A stretch of 64,000 nucleotides of DNA from Planctomycetota bacterium (lineage in GTDB: Bacteria; Planctomycetota; UBA8108; SXIK01), in contig OZ244999.1 in NCBI GenBank assembly GCA_965223265.1, forward strand, positions 2,048,001 through 2,112,000, read 5' to 3'. The translations under genes were made by a program, and so were the position numbers. Under the pieces are notes generated by a model that worked only from the letters and a program-made list of their open reading frames with translations, searched no databases and was not told the origin of the DNA. Below are positions 19,089 to 28,547 of this stretch, one piece after another (position 1 is the stretch's first letter; every line of letters begins with the position of its first letter).

Positions 19089-19919
19089 ATGCCCACCGCC
19101 ACCGCCTCTCCACGCAACTACTATGAGGTCTTGAACGTCTCGCCGCATGCGAGCCTTGACGATATCCGTCGCGCGTTCAAGCGGCAGGTCATCGAGGCTC
19201 ATCCGGACAAGAATCCTGAGCGGCGCGACTGGTCGGAGCGGCGCGTTCGAGAGCTCATTCAGGCGTACGAGATCATCGGCAAGGCGGACTCTCGTGAGCG
19301 TTTCGACCGTGAGTATCGAGCCTACAGCCGCATCCGTCGTAAGCGAGGATTGCAGCGACCGTTCTTTTTCGACCGCACTGATCCGGGGTCGCGCGCACTG
19401 TTGATCCTCCACCATCTCGGCCGCCAGGAATCGGACCGTGCGGTGGATCTCGTCTGGGAGATGGAAACGCGGCTTGGTGGCCGATTCCTTGAGGACTACC
19501 TCGATCGCAGTGACTATCTCGACTGTCTCTTTTTGCTCGCCGAGCATCACGTGCTGCGGCGGCAGTTCCGAGAAGCTTTCAACCGTCTGCGAGAGTTCTA
19601 CCTCGAAGACCGCGATGCGGTCAATCGACGCCATTACTTTGACCAAGTGGTTGATCGACTCAAGGATCTCTACCTCCGAAAACTCCCGCCCGTTGTCGCC
19701 TCGCAGGAGATACCGCGACTGATGCGTGAAGTCGAAGGCCTTGGTCTGACGAAAGCAGAAGAGAAGCTTCGCTTGCGGCGCCTCGCGGAAGCGCATGTCG
19801 ATAGTGGAAATCTGCAGGCTGCCCGCTCGGTGATCGGGGTTCTGCGTAGCACGTTTCCCAAGGCGAAGGAAATCGAAAAGATCGAGAGTCTGCTCTCGCG
19901 TCGCGAGCGTTCCGCTTGA
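19089..19919 (+). CDS. J-domain protein with helical (TPR-like) C-terminus
   Basis: NYYEVLNV..HPDKN J-domain; no zinc finger. Confidence 0.8.
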   Translation: MPTATASPRNYYEVLNVSPHASLDDIRRAFKRQVIEAHPDKNPERRDWSERRVRELIQAYEIIGKADSRERFDREYRAYSRIRRKRGLQRPFFFDRTDPGSRALLILHHLGRQESDRAVDLVWEMETRLGGRFLEDYLDRSDYLDCLFLLAEHHVLRRQFREAFNRLREFYLEDRDAVNRRHYFDQVVDRLKDLYLRKLPPVVASQEIPRLMREVEGLGLTKAEEKLRLRRLAEAHVDSGNLQAARSVIGVLRSTFPKAKEIEKIESLLSRRERSA

Positions 19920-19948
19920 CGTGACGTGCACTCGTTTGGAGTGGAGAA

Positions 19949-21058
19949 ATGAACGACACCCTGCACATGCATGCGGTGATCATGGCCGGGGGGTCGGGAA
20001 CTCGTTTCTGGCCGCTGAGCCGTAAGAATCTTCCGAAGCAGTTTCTTGCGCTCACCAGCGAGAAGAGTCTCTTGCGCGAGACGTATCTGCGTCTTCGGGA
20101 AGTCGTCAGCGCCGACCGCATCTGGGTCATCGCCAACGCGCATCACGTCGACCTCGCGCGTTCGGAGCTGCCGGAGGTGCCACCGGAGAACATCATCGGC
20201 GAGCCGGTGGGCCGCAACACGGCTCCGTGCATCGGTCTGGCCGCGGCGTGCGTCGCGGCGAAGGATCCCCAGGCACGACTGCTCGTTTGCCCTGCTGATC
20301 ACAGCATTCGGCCAGTGCCTGAGTTTGCCAGCAGTGTCGCCACGGCGCTCGCGGCCTTGGATCAGCTTGAGACAGAAGATGAGCCCTTCACCGTCACCTT
20401 TGGGATCAAGCCGCACTATCCTGCAACTGGATTCGGCTACATCGAACGAGGCGAAGGGATTCGCGTTGCCGGTGAAGACGCCGGCGTCTTTTCAGTCTCC
20501 AAGTTCAAGGAAAAACCGAGCTCGGACGTGGCGCGCGAGTATATCGACAGTGGCAGCTTCTACTGGAACTCGGGGATCTTTCTCTGGCGTGCTGGCGGCA
20601 TTCTTCAGCTGATCGAGACGCACCTGCCCGAGCTGTCTGCCGGGATCGACCTGCTCTCTCAATCGGGTCTCGAGCCGGCCGATTTGCAGACCACGCTCGA
20701 CGAGCATTTCGCTCGTTTGCCCTCGATTTCGATCGACTACGGGGTTCTAGAGAAGACACCGAGCGTTGCCGTTGTCGAGGCGACGTTCGAATGGGATGAT
20801 GTTGGATCCTGGAAGGCTGTTGAGCGCTATGCCACCGACGACGGCGCCGGTAACCATGTCATCGGTCGCCACGTTGGTATCGACACCGGGCGCTCCATCG
20901 TCGTCGCTGGGAAGCGACTTGTTGCCACGATCGGGCTCAGCGATGTCGTCGTCGTCGAAACGGATGATGCAGTGCTGGTCTGTCACCGCGACCACACTGA
21001 ACGGGTGCGCGAGGTTGTCGACTTGCTGCCGGAGTGCGGCGAGGAACAGCTGCAGTGA
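19949..21058 (+). CDS. manC: Mannose-1-phosphate guanylyltransferase
   Basis: MAGGSGTRFWPLSR..PKQF, EPVGRNTAP, FKEKP, WNSGIF, SIDYG, WDDVGSW. Confidence 0.93.
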   Translation: MNDTLHMHAVIMAGGSGTRFWPLSRKNLPKQFLALTSEKSLLRETYLRLREVVSADRIWVIANAHHVDLARSELPEVPPENIIGEPVGRNTAPCIGLAAACVAAKDPQARLLVCPADHSIRPVPEFASSVATALAALDQLETEDEPFTVTFGIKPHYPATGFGYIERGEGIRVAGEDAGVFSVSKFKEKPSSDVAREYIDSGSFYWNSGIFLWRAGGILQLIETHLPELSAGIDLLSQSGLEPADLQTTLDEHFARLPSISIDYGVLEKTPSVAVVEATFEWDDVGSWKAVERYATDDGAGNHVIGRHVGIDTGRSIVVAGKRLVATIGLSDVVVVETDDAVLVCHRDHTERVREVVDLLPECGEEQLQ

Positions 21059-21077
21059 GTGAAGCGGCGGGCGACGC

Positions 21078-21542
21078 ATGACGCGTCTTCTCGGCATTGA
21101 CCACGGTGACAAACGGATCGGGCTGGCGCTCAGCGATGAACTGCAGCGGATCGCTACGCCGCATGGAGTCGCGCACGGCGAGGCGGAGTTGGGGCGCGAA
21201 ATAGAGCGACTCATTCGTGACGAGTCGCTCGTCGGTTTAGTCGTTGGACTACCGCTCAATATGGATGGTAGCGCGGGTCCCAAGGCGCGTCAGGTGCTCG
21301 AGTTTGTCGAGCGACTGAAGCAGCGATTCGACTTGCCCGTTGAGACCATCGACGAGCGACTGACGAGCGTCCAGGCCGAGTCCATGCTCCGCGACATGGG
21401 GGTGCCGCCAAAGAAGCGAGCCGCCCGGATCGATCAGGTTGCGGCGCAGATCATCCTGCAGGATTTCCTCGACGCGCAGGCCCGGCGGCGACAAGGCGGC
21501 GACGGACCCACGGACGCTTCCGGACTCGCGGATTGCCCTTAG
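21078..21542 (+). CDS. ruvX: RuvX/YqgF (pre-16S rRNA nuclease)
   Basis: LGIDHGDKRIGLALSD, VVGLPLNMDG, DERLTS, DQVAAQIILQ. Confidence 0.93.
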   Translation: MTRLLGIDHGDKRIGLALSDELQRIATPHGVAHGEAELGREIERLIRDESLVGLVVGLPLNMDGSAGPKARQVLEFVERLKQRFDLPVETIDERLTSVQAESMLRDMGVPPKKRAARIDQVAAQIILQDFLDAQARRRQGGDGPTDASGLADCP

Positions 21543-21792
21543 ACGTTTACACCCTGAGCTTTACGTTGTTCCCCGAGCTTCGAGATGTCACTACAAAGGG
21601 TGGAAAAAGAGTGGTTTTCACCGCTCCGCGGTGGTGTTAGGATATGGGGCTTGTTCGATCACCGGGATAAAGAGGACGCGCGAGCCTGGCTATCTCGCTG
21701 GTTGTAGGTGTGACCGCGGGCGTCCGTGAGCGGGGGCTCAACGTCCAGGCCTCGAAATCCTAAGCACAGGAATTTTAATCAAACTGGTCTCA

Positions 21793-22062
21793 ATGAGCTT
21801 GACCAAAGAGGAATCAGCACGCATTCGCGGCGAGTACGCCCGCAAGCAGAACGACAGCGGATCGCCCGAAGTTCAAGTCGCACTCTTGAGCGCCCGCATC
21901 AAGAGCATCACCGAGCACCTCAAGAGCCACAAAAAGGACCATGCGTCCCGTCGTGGACTTCGCATGCTCGTCGGTCGGCGATCGAAACTTTTGCGCTATC
22001 TGTCACGCAAGAATTTCGATCGTTACCGTAACCTGATCGAGTCGCTTGGCCTGCGCCGGTAG
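21793..22062 (+). CDS. rpsO: 30S ribosomal protein S15
   Basis: [28 protein letters not shown]. Confidence 0.98.
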   Translation: MSLTKEESARIRGEYARKQNDSGSPEVQVALLSARIKSITEHLKSHKKDHASRRGLRMLVGRRSKLLRYLSRKNFDRYRNLIESLGLRR

Positions 22063-22655
22063 AGCCAACGAAGCTGCGCGTCCTCGGCACAAGCGCGCGC
22101 TCAGGCGACAATGCCCGACTCTGTGTCTCTCCACAGAGACGGCGTCCGGCGTTCTGGGTGACGGGCTGCGGCTGCCTCGCAGATTCGCGTCGCGTCACGA
22201 ACTCCCTTATCGGGCGTTCGTACGCCGTCGCTGCGGGTGGCAGAAGCCGACTGGCAGAGTGAGCCGGCCAGCCTTGATCGGAGACTCGCTGCGCATCCGA
22301 GTGAGAAATCTGTTGAGCCTGCGGCTGAGGCCCAAAATGTGCCGAAGATAAGGCGATGAGATGTGACGTTATAGGCAACAGATGCCGCCAACGGAGTTCA
22401 TCGCAAGGAGGTGAAACGGACGAAAATCCCTGACCGGCTGGGCGGTCTGCTGAAGAATAAGAATCAAAGATGCGGCCTTAAGGAACTGTCACGAGGCCAA
22501 GATGTTTCCCGCCGTCTGCGGGCGTGTCCGCCGTTTGCTGCGACGTCTCTCAGCTTTGGAGTCGCTGCGCCGTTCGGACCATGAGGCGACCTGTGCGTTG
22601 AGTCGGGTGGATCCGACTCCTCAGGTCGAAGAGGTTGAAAGCAGGTTAGATCAAG

Positions 22656-24770
22656 ATGATTCACAAAGTTGAGAAGGTGATTGGCGGCCGGACCCTGAGT
22701 ATCGAGACTGGACGCATTGCTCGACAGGCCGCCGGGGCGGTGCTCGTCGCTTACGGCGAGACGTCAGTTTTTTGCGCCGTGACCTTGGCCGAACCACGAG
22801 AAGGTTTGGATTTTTTTCCACTCACCGTCGACTACCGGGAAAAGACGTTCGCGGCAGGAAAGTTCCCAGGCGGATTCTTTAAGCGAGAAGGCCGTCCGAC
22901 GACCAAGGAGATCCTTACCTGCCGGCTCATGGATCGTCCCATTCGTCCGCTTTTTCCATCCGAGTTCAAGATGGATACGGCGGTTCAGTCGATGGTCCTG
23001 TCGGCTGATGGTGAAAACGATCCGGATATCCTGGCAATGGTCGCTTCGTCGGCGGCGCTGGCGATTTCCGAGGCGCCGTTCGGAGGCCCAACCGGGTCGG
23101 TGCGCATTGGGCAAGTCGACGGCGAGCTCGTCGTCAACCCAACGATCTCAGAGCTGGACGCCAGCGAAATCGATCTGGTGGTTTCAGGGACGCGTGATGC
23201 GGTGACGATGGTCGAGGCTGGCGCCAAAGAAATCTCTGAGGAGCGTATGCTCGAAGCGATCGTCTTTGGTCACGGCGTGATCAAAGAGATCATCGAGCTT
23301 CAGGAAGAGCTCGTGCGACGATGCGGCAAGCCGAAGCTTGAGCTCGAACCGCTCGAGGATCATTCGGCGCTGACCACCGATCTGAGAAATCGCTATTTCG
23401 ATCAGATTCCAGGTGTTCTGCGCACTGAAGGCAAGCTCGCGCGCAAGGAAGCGACGAAGAAGTTCGTCGAAGCGTGCCTCGACGAAGTCGCTCCCGAGCC
23501 TGAGGAAGGCGCGGAACCTCCCGCGGGACAACCCGATCGCAAACTCGTCAAGGCACTCTTGAACGAGCTCGCGGAGGAAGCTGAGCGCGAAATGATCCTT
23601 GGCGGCACCCGCACCGACGGGAGGAGTCAAACGGATATCCGCGACCTGTCGATGGAGGTCGGGTTCCTGCCGCGCGTGCATGGCACGGCGCTGTTCACCC
23701 GCGGCGAGACTCAGTCGATCTCGACGGTGACGCTCGGAACGCGGGAGGATCAGCAGATCGTCGATGGCCTCGGCGACGAGGTCAAAGAGAAGTTCATGCT
23801 GCACTACAACTTTCCGTCCTATTGTGTCGGAGAGACGTGGCCGAATCGTGGCCCCAAGCGACGAGAGATCGGCCACGGCGCGTTGGCATCGCGCGCCATC
23901 AAGGCTGTGCTGCCTGACGTCGACAAGTTCCCCTACACCATCCGCGTCGTCTCGGACATCACGGAGTCGAACGGCTCGTCGTCGATGGCGACGGTTTGCG
24001 GCGGTACGCTGGCGCTCATGGACGCCGGTGTGCCCATTCAGCAGCCGGTCGCCGGCATCGCCATGGGCCTTGTCAAGCAGGACGACCGCGTCGCGATTCT
24101 GAGTGACATTCTCGGCAGCGAAGATCACAACGGGGACATGGACTTCAAGGTCGCCGGGACACAGCGCGGCATTACGGCGCTGCAGATGGATATCAAGGTC
24201 ACCGGAATCTCGCAAGAGATCATGTCGCGTGCGCTCGCGCAGGCGAAAGAGGGGCGGATTCATCTGCTCAGGCAGATGCTGAAGGTGCTGCCACGACCAC
24301 GCGACGAGGTGTCTCCGTATGCTCCGAAGTTCTGCACCATGCGCATCGATCCGGAGAAGATCGGCATCGTGATTGGGCCGAGTGGCAAGGTGATCAAGGG
24401 CATTCAGGAAGAGACCGGTGCCAAGATCGACATCGAAGACGACGGCCGCGTCAACATCTGGGGCACGTCATTCGCGAGTGCACGTGCGGCGCAGGTGCGT
24501 ATCGAGTCCTTGACTGAGGAAGTGCGGCCAGGACGCACCTATGAAGGCAAGGTCGTCTCGATCAAGGATTTCGGCTGTTTCGTCGAGGTGCTACCGGGAC
24601 AGGAAGGCCTTGTGCACGTCTCCGAACTTGGAGATGGCTTCGTTCAGAAGGTCAGCGACGTCGTCAAGATCGGTGACATCATTTCGGTGAAGTGCATCGG
24701 AGTCGACAACCAAGGTCGCATCAAACTGTCGAAGAAGGCCGCGGAAGAAGGCGCGCACAACCCCGGTTGA
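22656..24770 (+). CDS. pnp: Polynucleotide phosphorylase
   Basis: DFFPLTVDY, FTRGETQ, RREIGHG, SNGSSSMA, GDMDFKVAGT; KH and S1 domains. Confidence 0.98.
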   Translation: MIHKVEKVIGGRTLSIETGRIARQAAGAVLVAYGETSVFCAVTLAEPREGLDFFPLTVDYREKTFAAGKFPGGFFKREGRPTTKEILTCRLMDRPIRPLFPSEFKMDTAVQSMVLSADGENDPDILAMVASSAALAISEAPFGGPTGSVRIGQVDGELVVNPTISELDASEIDLVVSGTRDAVTMVEAGAKEISEERMLEAIVFGHGVIKEIIELQEELVRRCGKPKLELEPLEDHSALTTDLRNRYFDQIPGVLRTEGKLARKEATKKFVEACLDEVAPEPEEGAEPPAGQPDRKLVKALLNELAEEAEREMILGGTRTDGRSQTDIRDLSMEVGFLPRVHGTALFTRGETQSISTVTLGTREDQQIVDGLGDEVKEKFMLHYNFPSYCVGETWPNRGPKRREIGHGALASRAIKAVLPDVDKFPYTIRVVSDITESNGSSSMATVCGGTLALMDAGVPIQQPVAGIAMGLVKQDDRVAILSDILGSEDHNGDMDFKVAGTQRGITALQMDIKVTGISQEIMSRALAQAKEGRIHLLRQMLKVLPRPRDEVSPYAPKFCTMRIDPEKIGIVIGPSGKVIKGIQEETGAKIDIEDDGRVNIWGTSFASARAAQVRIESLTEEVRPGRTYEGKVVSIKDFGCFVEVLPGQEGLVHVSELGDGFVQKVSDVVKIGDIISVKCIGVDNQGRIKLSKKAAEEGAHNPG

Positions 24771-24784
24771 TACTTTTTCGACAG

Positions 24785-24831
24785 CCGGAGGGGGCGGTGG
24801 CGCCTTTGGGCCACCGCCCCCTCCGGTTTTT
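24785..24831 (+). terminator. Rho-independent terminator of pnp
   Basis: 17-bp stem CCGGAGGGGGCGGTGGC / GCCACCGCCCCCTCCGG followed by TTTTT. Confidence 0.9.
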
Positions 24832-25014
24832 CCGTGTCCTTGAGGCGGAGAAGGAGACGGAGCTTGCCACGTTCAGAGACCCACGAGAGCGTGCCTGCTG
24901 TTTGAGCGATTACGCCGACGCAATCGCAATCGTTCACGCCCACTGGCGCAGCCTCATCGGAAACGCAAGGGATTGCGCCCGCCGCGAGCGCAGCGGGCGC
25001 ATGGGCTCGCACGC

Positions 25015-25338
25015 TCAGCGAGTCAGCCCGCGAAGAAGTGCGAGCAGACGATCAAGCGTCTCGAGAGACGTCGTGACGTCGTCGCCTCTCAGATCGCCCC
25101 AGGCCAGAGCCAGTCGTAGCGCGGTCTCGACCTCGCGCGCACTGCCGCGCGCGACGCGAAAGAGGTGCTGGCGATCTTTCCCAGCGCGCTCGGCGCCTTC
25201 CGAGAGGTTGAGCGCCACCGAAGAAGCAGCGCGCCGAAGCTGCCGATGCAGATCGGGATCGAGCCGCCGAAGCCGCGCCAAAGGAACTCGCAAATCGCCA
25301 ATCAAAGCGAGACTGACATCGAGAGCGATGAAACGCAT
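25015..25338 (-). CDS. Four-helix-bundle protein (23S rRNA IVS-protein / Avd-like family)
   Basis: 107 aa, with QLRRAASSVALNLSEG..F.VARGSAREV..L family motif; GGAGG RBS upstream of ATG 25338. Confidence 0.88.
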   Translation of the reverse strand: MRFIALDVSLALIGDLRVPLARLRRLDPDLHRQLRRAASSVALNLSEGAERAGKDRQHLFRVARGSAREVETALRLALAWGDLRGDDVTTSLETLDRLLALLRGLTR

Positions 25339-25417
25339 GTGAAGCCTCCGCAGAAAAAGTGAGTCGAAAGCCCGCCACGTCCGAGCGGCGGTACTGCACC
25401 CCCCAACGCGGAGCGGA

Positions 25418-25472
25418 GGGGCAGTCAAGGGCGCGAAGCGCCGAGCGCAGCGAGGGCACCCTTGACTGCCCC
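25418..25472. repeat. 14-bp inverted repeat hairpin upstream of the four-helix-bundle gene
   Basis: GGGGCAGTCAAGGG (25418-25431) / CCCTTGACTGCCCC (25459-25472). Confidence 0.8.
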
Positions 25473-25520
25473 GAGCACCGCGTACACTCGACAATGACCG
25501 CCGCCGTACGGTGACCCCTG

Positions 25521-25707
25521 CTACAGAAGCAGAGGCGGAGACAGAGGCAGAAGCAGCGTCAGAAGCAGATACGGATCCAGAGACGGAGACGGGCCGCCCA
25601 CGCCTACGCCCACCCACACGCCCACGCACTCGCCCACGCACTCGCCCACGCACTCGCCCACGCACTCGCCCACGGCCTTGAAGCGCTTCTTGTTCGCGAC
25701 AATGGGG
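25521..25707 (-). repeat. Composite repeat locus B: leader, GTGnGn tract, TCYGnn tract
   Basis: Minus strand: leader 25707-25674, (GTGGGCGAGTGC)n and hexamers to about 25596, TCTGCC/TCCGTC-type hexamers about 25592-25521. Confidence 0.85.
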
Positions 25708-25760
25708 GGCGGAGGCGGATCGCGGCATTGCATCACGCGTGGGCGCTGGTCTCGGCTCCC

Positions 25761-26597
25761 TCAGCTTCGCGTGATCCGCCGCAAGATCGTCGTTGATTCG
25801 AGAAGGCGTGCCTGGGCGCTCACGAGCGCTTTGAGGTTTGGGTGAACCGGTGGTCGAAACAGGCGCCGGAGTCGACGAACGACCTTGTCGTCGGTCTCGA
25901 GTCCTTCGTAGGCCAAGGTGGCGAGGACGCGCTCTTCGCCGACCTGGATGATGCTTTGTTCGGCCTCCGCTGCGCGGAGCTCATTGTCGCGCGATAGCGC
26001 TCTTGCGTCGACGAGGAACGGTTCGAGCAGGCGATATGCGCCGCGCAGGTCGCCTGCCGTCGCCAGGGCGAATGCCGACTCGATCGCTTCTGCGTCGCGC
26101 TGGTTGCGCGCACGTCGGTCGCGCGCGAGACGTCGAATGCGTAGCCATACGTCGGGCGGTAGCTGTTTCTCCCAGCGTGCGAGCTCGAGCTCATTCGTGT
26201 CGAAGACGAGGACGGCGGGGAGCTCCTTGATCTCAAGCGCCGCCAGTACCTCTGCGACTTCTCCTGCCCCAACGAGAACACCGCAGAGCAGATCGCCCAG
26301 GTCTCGGATGCGCTGCGAGGCCGCAACAACGCGGTCCTCGCCCAACTCCGTGGGCGGGAGATAGACGACGAGGAGTTGATCGTTCTGCTGCGCTTGGTCG
26401 AGACCGCGCTCGTAGGCGTCGAACCAAGTAACTGGCGTGCGCGGCGAAGAAGACTCTGCCGCAGGCTGCGTGTTGAGCGGCAGTGTCGCGGCAACGGCCA
26501 CAAGCATCGCCACCACACGGCACACGTTTCTCCGCACCGCTTGCTTCTGCGTTGCCCGTGACCGCGGCTTGAGTTGGAACGGAAGTTTTCTAAGCAT
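25761..26597 (-). CDS. Exported thioredoxin-like-fold protein without CxxC
   Basis: Hydrophobic leader, then WFDAYERGLDQAQQNDQLLVVY..LPAVLVFD pattern; start uncertain. Confidence 0.5.
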   Translation of the reverse strand: MLRKLPFQLKPRSRATQKQAVRRNVCRVVAMLVAVAATLPLNTQPAAESSSPRTPVTWFDAYERGLDQAQQNDQLLVVYLPPTELGEDRVVAASQRIRDLGDLLCGVLVGAGEVAEVLAALEIKELPAVLVFDTNELELARWEKQLPPDVWLRIRRLARDRRARNQRDAEAIESAFALATAGDLRGAYRLLEPFLVDARALSRDNELRAAEAEQSIIQVGEERVLATLAYEGLETDDKVVRRLRRLFRPPVHPNLKALVSAQARLLESTTILRRITRS

Positions 26598-26628
26598 CCG
26601 CCGAGAACCAGTGCGCGTCCGCAAACTT

Positions 26629-28293
26629 TCAGCCAGCAGGACGGACCTGTTCCTGCTTCCAGCGCAGGACCATCCAGGCACCGATGAATCCGACGAGAAC
26701 ACCAATGAAGACGCCAACGATGCCGCCGACTCCCGCGTCACTGTCCGGAGCGTGGGCAGCCGCTTCTCCGTTGCCATCGCCCTGGCCCGGCGCTTTGTCG
26801 GGACTTTCGCTGGCCGCGCTGCGCGCCTGCGAGGCGTTGGCGTCGGGGGCACCGGCGGTGTCGTTCCCGCTGGGGCGGCGCCGTTCTGTGTTTCCGGGCT
26901 GTTTGCGTTCGCTAGCGGCACTGCGCGTCGTGTGACCGGTGGGATCTCCCGGCGTGCTCACGACGGTCGCCTTGTCGGTCTCTTTCCTGTCTTCGGCGTC
27001 GTCAGGCTCCTCGAGGGTCGTCGCGATCGCTAGATCTGCGATCCGCCGTTGGGTGCTCGTCTCCAGTTCCTTCCACAGCTGTTTGATTTCCACAGCATCC
27101 GTCGTCAAAGTCTCCGGCGCCAGCTTCGCGAGGGCCTGGCCATGCGACAGTGTGATTTTCGTCACCGTACTGATGTTGCGTTCGAGCTCGCGCCGCCGGC
27201 GGCGAAGGGCGCCACCTGCGAGTTCGTGTTCCACTTCACGCCACGACTCCCACAGGCGACTCACCTGACGGAAGCTCTTGTGTTCCTTCAAAAAGATCGG
27301 GTGCAGTCGTTCCCAACGCTGCTCGAATTCGCGCACGCGACGCCGGATCTCGAGCATCTCACCCGTCTCGGCGAGCGTCGACGGGGAAACGGCCGCGTCT
27401 TCCGCCGCATCGTAAAGCTTCTTTTCCGCGATCTTCAGATCTTCGAGCACGTACTCAAGGTCAATTCGTAAGTCGTCCGAGAAGATGTCCAGGTGCTCGT
27501 CATATGTCTGCGTGACGCGTCGGTAGTCTGCTTCGAGCTCGGCATCCGAAGGCGTCGCCGGCTTTTTCTTGGTCGCTTGCGTCTCGCCCTCAGCGCCTGA
27601 CGACGCGTTGGCGTTGGCCGCATTCTTGGCGCTTCCGTCAGTGCTCGTTTCGTCGCCACTCTTGCCTTGATTCACACCGCGCTGCGTAGACTTTAGCTCG
27701 GTAAGACGGGCCGTTAGTCGATCTGATGTGAGCCATTTTTTTCCATCGCACACGCGACACGTGACTTTGCCAACGAAGCGGCACGTGGGGCAGATGCGAT
27801 CGAAGATGAGTTTCGGGCATTTGCGTTCGCTTCTGCCGAGACAAGCGCTGCAGAGAAACGAGCCGGCACCGCGGCAAGTAGGGCACTCGCGGTCGTCGCT
27901 CACCTTGCCGTCGCCATCGCATTGGCTGCAGATCAGGCGTCCCGTTGACTCTTTGCCGTCCTGGTCACAGGCCGTGCAGGCACGGCGTCCGGTGCCCTCG
28001 CAGCGCCGACACTTTCGACCGATCTGCCCCTTCCCTTCGCACTGCGTGCACTCCTCTTTGCCGCGTTTGTCGCACCTTGGGCAGCGTTCCTTGCCGTCGG
28101 TCTCGCTCTCGGTCGGCACCGGGCTGGAATCTTCGCGGGCGACTGCCTTGGGGGCGTCTTTTGTCGGGGTGATTTCGCCCGCCGCGCTGCTGGGGGAGAT
28201 CACCGCGAAACCGAGGACGCATACGGAGAGCCAGCGCCACCCCAAAGACCTGAACGACAACGGCTTCGAGAGGACCCGCCCCGTGCTGATCAT
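26629..28293 (-). CDS. Membrane-anchored protein with DnaJ-type CxxCxGxG zinc-finger repeats
   Basis: Nine CxxC motifs, a helical region and a C-terminal TM (GIVGVFIGVLVGFIGAWMV); start uncertain (ORF extends to 28485). Confidence 0.7.
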   Translation of the reverse strand: MISTGRVLSKPLSFRSLGWRWLSVCVLGFAVISPSSAAGEITPTKDAPKAVAREDSSPVPTESETDGKERCPRCDKRGKEECTQCEGKGQIGRKCRRCEGTGRRACTACDQDGKESTGRLICSQCDGDGKVSDDRECPTCRGAGSFLCSACLGRSERKCPKLIFDRICPTCRFVGKVTCRVCDGKKWLTSDRLTARLTELKSTQRGVNQGKSGDETSTDGSAKNAANANASSGAEGETQATKKKPATPSDAELEADYRRVTQTYDEHLDIFSDDLRIDLEYVLEDLKIAEKKLYDAAEDAAVSPSTLAETGEMLEIRRRVREFEQRWERLHPIFLKEHKSFRQVSRLWESWREVEHELAGGALRRRRRELERNISTVTKITLSHGQALAKLAPETLTTDAVEIKQLWKELETSTQRRIADLAIATTLEEPDDAEDRKETDKATVVSTPGDPTGHTTRSAASERKQPGNTERRRPSGNDTAGAPDANASQARSAASESPDKAPGQGDGNGEAAAHAPDSDAGVGGIVGVFIGVLVGFIGAWMVLRWKQEQVRPAG

Positions 28294-28547
28294 TCGCGAG
28301 TGAGTCGCGCCTGCCGTGGTCGCGACGAGGCCAAAACCTTGCCTCCAATTCAAAGGCTCGCTCCTTCCTCCAATGCGAGCGGACGTCGGAAATCGGAAAC
28401 CGTATTCTACAGGGCGTTTCCTGAGGCCACAACGCTCGTTCAGCGACCGAAAACTCTTTCTGCTCCGGGGAGAGAACGCAGGCATCGCCGCCAGGCATTC
28501 TGGCTCGCCGTCGCGCGTCTCCCCCTCAGGCGAACAGACGGTTGCGA

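Noticed and set aside
24832-25012. Small gene between the pnp terminator and the four-helix-bundle gene
   Set aside because: The ORFs overlap pnp or its terminator and have no recognisable motif.
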